Assembly: GCA_963575745.1 (NCBI GenBank)
Contig: CAUYUJ010000001.1
Span: forward strand, 1,798,001-1,862,000
Length of the DNA stretch: 64,000 bases
Direction of reading: 5' to 3'
Source: Prorocentrum cordatum
Lineage: Eukaryota
Position numbers and translations under genes: made by a program. The notes below the pieces were generated by a model. The model had not been told where the DNA came from and did not search any database. It saw nothing but the letters and a program-made list of their open reading frames with translations. Positions 54,554 through 64,000 of this stretch are shown here, one piece after another. The first letter of the stretch is position 1. Every line of letters starts with the position of its first letter.

Positions 54554-55858
54554 GAGAGAGAGAGAGGGAGAGAGAGAACAAACAGAGAGAGAGAGAGAGC
54601 TCCCGAGAAAGCCCCAAAGAAGGCCACAGGAGGCCCTGGCTTGACCTCTCAGTGACTTCCTATCCGCCACGATCTCAGCCTTACTAGGGAGATCGTAGCT
54701 TCATGGAGCTCTCGTGGAGCCCCTGGGATCTGCTGGACGGGGTTCTGCCAGCGTTTCGGGCCTCGCTGGAAACTCCGAGAGAGAGAGGGAGGAAACAAAC
54801 AATAATAAAGAAATAAGGCCCCCGAGAAAGCCCCAGGGCAGTTTCGTTGGGGCTTTATCGGGGTCCTTCTCTCTCTCTCTCTGTCTCCGTCTCTGTTTCT
54901 GTCACTCTCTCTCTCTCTCTCGGGATCTCCAGCCTCAGTTGGAAGATCGTGGCTCCATGACGCCTTCCTGGAGCCCCTGGAACCTGCTGGACTGGATTCG
55001 GACAGCTTTCCGAGCCTCGCTGGGGACTCCAAGAGGAAGAGAGAGAGAGAGAGACGGCTCCCGAGAAAGTTCCAAGAAGACGACAGGAGGCCCTAGCAGA
55101 GCCTTCCAGGGGGCCCTCATCGGCTCGGGGGGACAGGCAGGTTGGGAGGTCGGGTCGGTCGGGAGGTCGGAGAATCGGGGGGTCGGTCGGAGAGCTGGGG
55201 GGTCGGGGAATCGAGGAGTCTGGGAGTCGGGGCGTCGGGGAGTCGGGGGGGCCAAAACCGAGGAGTCGCGGAGTCGCGGAGTCGGGGGGTCGGGGGAGGG
55301 GCGTCGGGGAGTCGGGGAGTCGGGAAGTCGGCGGGTCGGGGAGTCGTGGAGTCGGGGAGCCTCGGGCGGCCGGGGGGTCGGCCAGTCGGCCAGTCGGGGA
55401 GCCAGGTGGTCGGTGGTTCTTGGGAATCGGGGAGCCAGAACATCGGGGAGTCGAGGAGTCGGGGAGTCGAGGAAATTTGGAGTCGGGGAGGTCGGGGAAT
55501 CGGTTATTCGGAGGTTCGGGGAGTAGGGGAGTCGAGGAGTCGAGGAGTCGGGGGGCAGGGGGTCTGGGAGTCGGGGTGTCGGGGACTCGAGGAGTCGGGG
55601 AGTCGGGCAGTCGGGGGCAGTGGATCGGGGAGTCGGGTCAAGGAGTCGGGAAGTCGGTGCGGGGAGCCGGTGGGCGGGATTCGAATAGGTTTTTGCGCCG
55701 CCTTGGAGGCTTCGAAACAAATAGAGGGCGCTCCCGAGAGAACCATGAGAAGATCACAGGGAGACCGTGGCTTCTTTGGGCTCTCCTGCAGCCCTTCGGG
55801 GCTGCTGAGTGGGATTCTGACAGCTTCTCGGGCCTCTTCCGAGACTCCGAGAGAGGGG

Positions 55859-55890
<32 letters not shown>

Positions 55891-56558
55891 CCAAAAAACA
55901 AAACAGAGAAAGAGAACGAGACTGAGAAGGAGCGGGATAGATATATAAATATATATATATATATACAGATATATATATATATATATATATATATATTGAT
56001 AGAGAGAGGGGGTCCCGAGAAAGCTCCTGATGAGGCCCCGACGGGGCCTCTCGGGGGGCCCTGACTTGCCACGGTCTCCAGCATCGTAGCTTCTTGAAAC
56101 TATCCTGGAGCCCCTGGGAGCTGGTGGGCGGGATTATGGTAGATGTTCGGGCCTCCCTGGAAGCTCTTCGACAGACAGAGTTCCCAAGAACGCCCCAGAT
56201 GAATGCCACTGGAGGCCCTGGGAAGGCTTCTCAGGGGGCCCTGATCCGCCGCGATCTCCAGCTTCGGTTGGGAGATCTTGGCCATTTGGGGCTCTCCTGG
56301 AGCCCATGAGGGCTCCTAGGCGGGAGTCGGACAGCTTTGCGGGCTTCCCTGGAAGCTCCGAGAGAGGGAAAGCGAAGGCTCCCGAGAAAGCCCCAATAAG
56401 AGCCCAGGAGGCCCCAGAGGGGCCTCCCGAGGGGTCCTCGTCCAGCACGGCCTCCAGCCTCGGTTGGGAGATTGTGGGTTCTGGGGGCTCTCCTGTAGCC
56501 CCTGGGAGCTGCTGGGCAGGATGCGGACAGCTTTTCGGGTCTCTCTGGAGGCTCCGTT

Positions 56559-56593
<35 letters not shown>

Positions 56594-56777
56594 AAGAGAG
56601 AGAGAGAGAGAGTCACTGTCTGCGATGATGTTCAATCCAGGCTATGGCGACCACCGTTCTTGCTGTGAGCGTCGCGTGGGCAAGCACGGTCCCTGATATC
56701 GCTCAAGCACGAAATGGCAGCAAGTAAAGCACGGGGACACAGAGAGAGATGGGGGTGACGGATGGTCATGTGTGGGC

Positions 56778-56814
<37 letters not shown>

Positions 56815-57756
56815 CCTCCTCATCAAGATCAAAAAAAACGCGGGCGACTGCGGGGAGCATGGTTAGGCCCAGGTGTCACCACCAGGGGAACAGCCTGTGT
56901 GGGTACAAGCTGGGCATTGGGACCCCATAGGGAAGGATGGAGACGGGGGAGGAATAATATGTTTGGGAGAGGGGAGGAGGGGAGACATTGGGCGGGCGGT
57001 GGGATCGCGTCCGCCGCCTGATGTGGCCCAGGGTTCACCGCCAGGGGAACAGCCTGCGAGGTATACTGGCTGAGTCTCACACGACAGCTGAAGGGTCTGG
57101 ACAGTCGGGCCCAGTGTTCGCCACCTGGGATACAGCCTGCCTGGCATACTAGCTGGGTCACTCGACCACCTGGATCAGAAAAAACGGCAGGGCTCTATGG
57201 AAGCGGTGAGGGAGAGGGAGCGATGATCGATAGGAGGGAGGATCGATAGGATGCGGAGGGAAGGAGGAAGAGAAAGAGGAATGCCCCGAATGAGGTTCCA
57301 CCTTTCAGCACCTGGGATCATCTAATGCCCAGCACTTCACGGCGGTGGGTCCTCCGAGGGGGGTTGGAGGGAACGGCGGTTGGCACAGTGGGGGACCTTG
57401 GGGCTCCACCTGCATATCTAAGGGCACTACTGAGAGCCATCCCCATGGCTCCCGAAACGGCGCTCTGGACCAGGGCCCTTTCCCCCGAACTGAAAACCGT
57501 AAAAGGCAACTCATACGCATTCAGAATCATCTGAATGCCTGAGGCTTCGCGGGCATGGGACCAGTTCAGTACCCAGTAAGACCTGAGAACCTCTAGGTAG
57601 CGGACACCTCCAGCTGGGAGAACAATACACAGGAAGAGGCGTACCAAAACTCCGAAGGCAAACGAGATAAAACACCTATGGACATTTGGCTCCTGCTGCT
57701 GCTCTAACGCTGGGCTGGGGGTTCAGGCAACTCAGGGATCCCATGACGGACTTAAC

Positions 57757-60700
57757 TCAGCCTAGCTTCCCAAGAGCTATATCCATAAGAAGGGAGGCCT
57801 TGTCCTTGTGGTTGCCTGGGAGCTGCTTGCGGGGCACGTGCGAGAGGATGATCTTGTTGGCTACCCCCGTCGCGTGCTTGTCGCTGGCCAGGGACTTCGC
57901 CAACAGGGCGCAGATCTCCTCACGGTTGCCCTTGGCTGGGAGCTTCGTCTTCGCTCCATCCACGGTCTGGATCCACCCGAGCTCCGAGCGCGAGAGGGGC
58001 TTGGACACATCTCCTGGTGACGACGAGCGGGCCCGAGGAGTAGGGGGGCAGCCGTCTGGCGCGAGTGCCTTGCGAAGCTCCTCCGTCTGGCTTGTGAATG
58101 ACGATTTGAGCGCCGCTGCAACATACTCACCCTGCTTGCGGAGCTCGAGCTCCCTCTCGCGGCACGCATTGTCATGGAGGAAGGCAGCATACTCCTTATC
58201 CTTGGACTCTAGCTGCTTGCGGAGGATCTCGATATCCTGCCTGTCGTGGTGGCTGGTCGAGCTCTTGGCTCGGTGGGACTTGTCCCTGCTGTTGCTCCGA
58301 CGGTCCCGTTCACGGTCCCGATCACGGTCACGGTCCGAGCTGGAATCCCTGCGGTCCCGCCGATCACGTCGGCCGCGGTCTCCATCACGGCGGCCATCAC
58401 GCCGATCACGGCGATCCCGATCACGGTCTCGATCACGGTCCTGGTCATAGCCCTTGTCGTAGCCCCGACTGCCAGCCCACTGCTCTGTGCCCCAGCGGGT
58501 GTTGTAGCCTTTGCCCATGGCGCAAACTGGATGAGACGAAGAAGAAAGCCGAAGGTGTTGCCGCCAGACTCGCAGGACTGCTCGGACTCTTTGAGCAAAA
58601 ACACTCCACGGAGCAGCATGGGCAGCGGCAGTGATGACGTCGATGGGGCACCCCAGTAGGAACAACTCGAGGGCCAACTCAAGGACCCACCCCGTCGTGA
58701 CACCGATGCTCAGCTGAAGATACTGGGCTCTCGCGAACCTTCCAGTGAACAGAGAGACGACCATCGCAAACTTACGGGGGGGTCGACCTGGCCACTCGAT
58801 AATGTTAGCACGCGGGCGGGCATCCACATCCCCCGACAGCCAGGGCCGATTGAGGTTCTTAGGGAGTATGACGACCTCGGGACCCACGGCTCGAATCTCC
58901 AAATCCACCCAAATCACGGTTCCGCGTTGCCCTCGATAGTTGAGGCAGGGCTGAGGCGTATGGGATATACTTCACGAAGATAGGCATAAGTACACGTGCG
59001 GCAGTAATGCGTGCTCATACCGATTATGTCATCCACGTAGCGACGTTGGCCGACTGGGGCCGTAGTGTGTCCAGGAAACCGTTGAAAGCCTGCTGTGCCC
59101 AGCCGGGCCTCATCATGTTGAGCCTGGAACTCGAACCAGCACATGAGCACGGATAGGGCCACTCCTGAAAGCACTCCCCCTATGGAGAGTCCCCTCATTT
59201 CATACATGGTGCCACCCAGGGAGACCAGGGATATCCAAGAGAACGAAACCAACGCCTTGTGGATGTCAAACACCGATACTTTAAACCATCCAGGTGGGGT
59301 TGAGCCCAACCAGGGCCTAGTTCGAGGTATGCGAGACTGCTTGACAAGAGTAGCATCAGCACCAAGCCGACGCACCGCCTCTGACGCAATAGCCGTCCAC
59401 GCTTTCGATACTGCGGATGCACTGCGCTGCTCAAATGCCTGGTCCGCATCGGCAACCACAACTCTGATATCCGAGATGGGCTGCGAGCAACGGACACAAT
59501 GTGACGCTATTGCGGACGGGAGGGAGCACCGAAGACGGCGGATCTCGCTTGCGGCATCATTGGTGCTGAAGACCTCCGAGCTGAGCCCGCTCCGCGACAG
59601 GATATCTCGAACTGCCCGACCAATTATCTGGAAACCATACGGTCTTGGTGCTTGGGAACAATTGATGACGCGACGAAGGCAACTGTGGAAAGGTTTGTGA
59701 CACGTGCGCTCCCCCTGGGGTGAGAAACATTTTCCTTTGACCGCAGGGAAAACGCACGGCGGTTTTGTGTCGGCTGATAGCGGAGGCAGGAAGCGCGGCG
59801 TGCACAGCCACGGTGGCAGTGCGGCCACAGCTCGTCCCCACATCCAGACTGCTGCGCCCCTCGGGGAGATGCCCAGCCTTGGCGTCCAGTCGGGGTCGGC
59901 CATCGCCAGCTGGTGGAGGTAACGCATCATGTCGCAGCCGTCACACGCCCACACCTTGTCACACTCCTTGTCGTCCGCGGTGATCACGCACTCGTTGGAT
60001 TCTTCGAGGCTGTTGGCCATGCCTGCCTCCACCTCACGCCACGCTGGGGGCGCTTCAGGTGGCCTGACCCAGCGATTTGACAGCCGCGCGCTGAGGTGTC
60101 GAAAGCCTCGTCGGAGAACGCGGTAGGGGATGCGTGCCTTGGCTGCCCACAAGCTGAGAGCTGCACGTGCCTCTCGCAACGCCCGCCGAGGGCGCGGCCG
60201 CACGGGCAGGCGCCAAGGCCCCTCCAGGCGCCGAAGGCGCCATGGGGCTGACGGTGGCCCGTCTGGCGGGTGCGGTGGCGCCTGCGACGAGAACTCAGCA
60301 CAAAAACGACTGGCAGAGACATGGTCCTTCCATGACGGGGCCTTCGCATAGGTTGCCCTCGGTGGTCTGATGTACACCTCTCGAGCTGGGGCAAACTTCA
60401 TTGACCGTGCCATGGCCGTGATAGCCGAACTAAGCCAACGGCGGTACTCAACCCCCTGAAAGGCGGCAGGAAGCTGATTGGGTGGGCATCTCGCTCGGGG
60501 GAGTCGTAGACGCCGTAGGTGCAAGTCAATGTGATGCATGGCCATCCGCTGCCGATGGAACGACCGTAGAAAGAACTGTGCCTGCGATGCCGCGAGGTAC
60601 AGGTGGGCACCAACCTCCAAACGGCTCCTGAACGTGAACACGGGTAGATCTCTCCACTTGGCTGCGAGGCAGGCAAGGAGGAGCCCGAGCCTCTTGCCTT

Positions 60701-61819
60701 CGAATATCACAGTGGTCCAGCTTCCCCCGTAAGGTGGTAGTGCTCCTCGATCTGGAGTCGGTACAAGATTCCGTACGGCGCTGCCTCTGCAAGTGCCCCT
60801 GGGTATAGGGCCTCCAGACCAGGTCCTTCAGCTCGGGGTGCATGCTCTGCTACAGCCGAGAGGATTGTGGCTGTCCACGCGGGGGCGCTGATGGTCGCCC
60901 GCGGCCCGCGCCTCCACGACGGGGGACGGCGGCGGCGAGCGCTGCGGGTCTTCGCCATCGCGTGGAGTTGCCCCGCTCCGCGTCGCCTGCTGACTGCCTC
61001 GGACTCCATAGCGTCGCACTGGTTGCACTTCGGGTTGAAGCGTCTGATAGCCAATGCTTCAAAGTGAAAACTCGCCTTCTCTGTTCGTAGTAGCAGCACA
61101 GGTAAGAAGAACAAGGACCCTAGGCTCCGCCTGAGGACGCGGTAGCGGGGTCGCCGCCCAGGGCCCACTCGCGGATGGAGTACAGCCCGTACATGTTCAG
61201 CCACTCGGCCAAGCAGCCCTGGAAGGGCGGACTCACGTAGCGCTGCCTTGCCAATGTACAATCCACTAGGACTGCCAAGCACATGCACCACAGCACGGGT
61301 ATCCCCCCGCGGTGGTCCTAGAAAGCACTCGAAGATCCGAAAGGGAAGTGGATGATCCCAGTCGTTGATGGCAGCACGCAAGTCGGGGGCGATCATGACC
61401 AGAATTTGTCTCGCCCACGACGGTAACCTGCGCTGTGCCTGCGCCCGTCGAAGTCGGAGAATGGCGAGCATGACTAGTGCGAAACTGACAACACTCCATA
61501 GATAAACCCCTCGGAGGGGGCGGTAAGCCGGCCTCGTCGGGCCCGCAACGTACTCGAGTAAGAAGGATAACAGGCTCGCCAGCCTGGGGACTGCATGTCT
61601 GTGAAACCTATGGGCCCAGATCCATAGCCGTAGTTGGCTGGACGCTGACTCCTGGGGAACGTGGGACGAACGAAAAAGAGTATCTTGAATTACTGCAAAC
61701 ACGATATTGTGGTCATTGATGTGGCGGATGGGGAGCGGCCAGCGGACCATGAGGCGCTCCTTGGCCTCCTCTGAGGCTATGAGGCCATTGACCAGCGATC
61801 GTTGGAGGACATCGACCAT
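57757..61819 (-). pseudogene. GIY-YIG-RT polyprotein with two 1-nt frameshifts (~60708 and ~58917-58970)
   Basis: GIY-YIG ~61020-61295: VVHVL..GLYIGKA..GLLGRVAEH..FEALAIRRFNPKCN. RT: VITADDK, VFPAVK, LRRVIN, VVADADQAF, RGLSIGGVLS, RRYVDDII, WVDLEI. Thumb: GRFARA..LELFLLGCP. Confidence 0.85.
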
Positions 61820-62153
61820 TCTTGATCTGTGTCGACCTGGCCGTAGTCCCTCCTCAACATTCGCAGGGCCTCCTCCTCTGTGATGTCCGCGTCCGAGTCC
61901 ATCATGACCACATCCATGATCTCCTCGTGTGGTTCTCTCTGGGTTCGCCATGCCCATGTCTGGTTGTTCCTGATCCTCTCCTCCTTCTCTGCCCGCTGGT
62001 GCGTCAACTGCAGGGAGTCCGAGAGGCCTTGGAGGATGTCGCAGTAGTATGTCGACACCTGGCGAAACTGGCCTATCCAGTGGGCCCTGGGCCGCATTGT
62101 CTGATGCGCTCTGCTGTGTCGCCCTGCTCAAAGACCCTCTGGAACGCGGCCAT
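61777..62153 (-). pseudogene. Small upstream ORF (~125 aa, one frameshift near 62085) of the Penelope-like element
   Basis: MAAFQRVFEQGDTAERIRQCGP / RAHWIGQFRQVSTYYCDILQGLSDSLQL...; preceded by a T-tract and AG; overlaps the main ORF start. Confidence 0.45.
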
Positions 62154-62319
62154 GCCAACCTGCGCTGGAGATGAAGAAGAAGGGGATGCGACCCGCTGCT
62201 GCCGACTATGTGCACGAAGAAAAAAAACTATATATGGAAGCGCCCCGTCGGTTGGGACGGCACTCGAACTCTGGATACCCGTCGCCGTATGTGGCCGTGC
62301 TAATCCAGAAGGTGAGAGA

Positions 62320-62386
62320 GTCACTGTTTGCGATGATGTTCCATCCAGGCTATGGCGACCACCGTTCTTGCTGTGAGCGTCGCGTG
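62320..62386 (-). repeat. 5' pseudo-LTR (copy of the 3' terminus 56612-56678)
   Basis: 67 bp, 2 mismatches. Confidence 0.92.
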
Positions 62387-62608
62387 AGAGAGAGAGAGAG
62401 AGAGAGACAAAAAACAACAAAACGAGGGCTCCCGAGAGAGCCCCAAGGAGACCACTGGAGTTCGCGGCAGGGCCTGTCGGGGGGCCTTGACCCGCCACGA
62501 TCTCCAGCCTCGGTTGGGAGATTGCAGCTTCTGGGTCTCTCCTGGAGCCCCTGGGGGCTGTTGGGCAGGATTATGCCAGCTGTTCCAGCCTCCCTGGAGG
62601 CTTCGAGG

Positions 62609-62644
<36 letters not shown>

Positions 62645-62822
62645 GCTCTCGAGAAAGTCCCCAAAGAAGCTCTAGGAGGCCCCAGCAGGGCCACTCAGGC
62701 ACTTCCTACCCGCCACGATCTCCAGCCTCAGTTGGGAGATCGTAGCTTCTTCAATCCCTCCTGGAGCCCCAGGGAACTGGTGGGCGGGATTCTACACGCA
62801 GTTCGGGCCTCGCTGGGGGCTC

Positions 62823-62861
<39 letters not shown>

Positions 62862-62890
62862 CCAAAACAAGAAAAAAATAACTAAGAGAG

Positions 62891-62925
<35 letters not shown>

Positions 62926-64000
62926 AAAAAAATATAACATGGGAGAGGGGAGGGAACATGCTCCGGAGAAAGCCCCAAGGAGACCACAGGAGGTCCCAGC
63001 GGAGCCTCTCAGGGGGCCCTAATCGGCTCAGGGGGTCGGCCTGGTTGGGGAGTCGGGCCGCGTCGGGGGGTCGGAGAGTCGGGGAGTCGGTCGGAGAGCC
63101 CGGAGGTCGGAGAGTCAGGGATTCGGGTACGGGGATTCGGGGACTCGGACAGTCGGGGAGTCGGGGAGGTCGGGGGTCGGTGAGGCGGGGCGTCGGGGCG
63201 TCGGAGAGTCGGGGGAGTCGGGGGAGTCGCGGCTCCGGGGGAGTCAGGGAGTCGGGGAGGTCGGGGAATCGGAGATCCGGGGAGTCGGGGAGTCGGGGGG
63301 TCGGGGCGTCGGGGAGTCGGGGGAGTCGGGGCATCGGGCAGTCGGGGAATGGGGAAGTTGGGGAGCGGGGGGGTCGGGGAATCGGGAAAGCTGGGAGTCG
63401 GGGAGTCGGGGAATCGAGACGTCGGGGGATCGAGAAGTCGGGGAGTCGGGATGTCGGGGACTTGGGGACGCCATCTTGGGCTGTCTTGGGGGCCTCCTGG
63501 GCCGTCTTTGAGGCATCTTTGGGCCTTGTGGGGACATTTTGATGCAATATTGTTCGTATCTGAGGCCGTCTTGGCAGTCTTGGAGCCATCTGGAGCAGAA
63601 ACACACTACCTCCCACCTATCCCAGGTGGCTGGCGCATCAGGCCAAGCGCCAGTGGGCAGTGCGGTCGTCTTACATAGCCCAAGCAAACAAACATCCAGC
63701 ACGCCGTGCACCCCTGTGGCGAGCCCACAGGTGGCGGCGGATCTAGCGTCCTTCCCACCCCGCCACTGTGCTTGTGTCGTGGACCAGAGGTTGCTTCTGA
63801 GACTTCTCGGTGACCTTTTGGAGACTCTGGGACGTCTCAGGGGCATGATGGGATATCTTGAAGCCTCTGAGGGGGCGTCTCGGCGGCCTCTTGAAGCTCG
63901 TGGGGGGCTCTTGAGGACATCGTGTATCGGAGGGCTCCACATTTCAGTTTGAGTTCCCCCTCTAGGGGTCGTTTTAGGGGCCTCTTGGGCCCATCTTGGA

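Larger units (their letters stand above)
53720..56611. repeat. ~190-230-bp satellite with internal (GA)n tracts; resumes at 62387-63020 after the retroelement
   Basis: Recurring CCCGAGAAAGCCCCA..CCGCCACGATCTCCAGCCTCGGTTGGGAGATCG..CTCCTGGAGCCCCTGG..GAGGCTCCGAGAGA. Confidence 0.85.
56612..62386 (-). mobile_element. Penelope-like retroelement with N-terminal GIY-YIG endonuclease (Chlamys-type domain order) and pseudo-LTRs
   Basis: GIY-YIG followed by PLE-type RT and thumb; 67-bp direct repeats at 56612-56678 and 62320-62386; (GA)n on both flanks. Confidence 0.85.

Noticed and set aside
57280..57345. Hammerhead ribozyme (GAAAGGTGGAACCTC on the minus strand)
   Set aside because: Only the GAAA/stem III half is present; there is no CUGANGA core or stem I.
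60707..60710. Selenocysteine UGA as in Naiad PLEs
   Set aside because: Downstream coding continues in a different frame, so readthrough would not restore the protein.

Overview
GC-rich, repeat-dominated eukaryotic genomic DNA. It is almost certainly dinoflagellate, based on spliced-leader relics and GC/GA splice donors; Prorocentrum-like is my guess only. Contents: (1) a ~40-kb multi-exon host gene on + (9239-49712) encoding an acidic/Pro-rich protein with three divergent RRM-like repeats; (2) a near-complete APE-endonuclease/RT LINE inside that gene (~40.5/40.9-47.07 kb, one frameshift); (3) a spliced-leader-headed retroposed coiled-coil ORF in another intron; (4) most interesting, a ~5.8-kb Penelope-like retroelement on - (56612-62386). 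The latter has a permuted order (GIY-YIG upstream of RT), 67-bp pseudo-LTRs, insertion into a (GA)n tract, a small upstream ORF, an Arg/Asp-rich C-terminal extension and a triplicated structured 3' motif. Also present: several MITEs (one nested pair), decayed LINE fragments, a decayed WW-domain ORF and many micro/minisatellites. All calls come from reading motifs by eye; no database searches were run.
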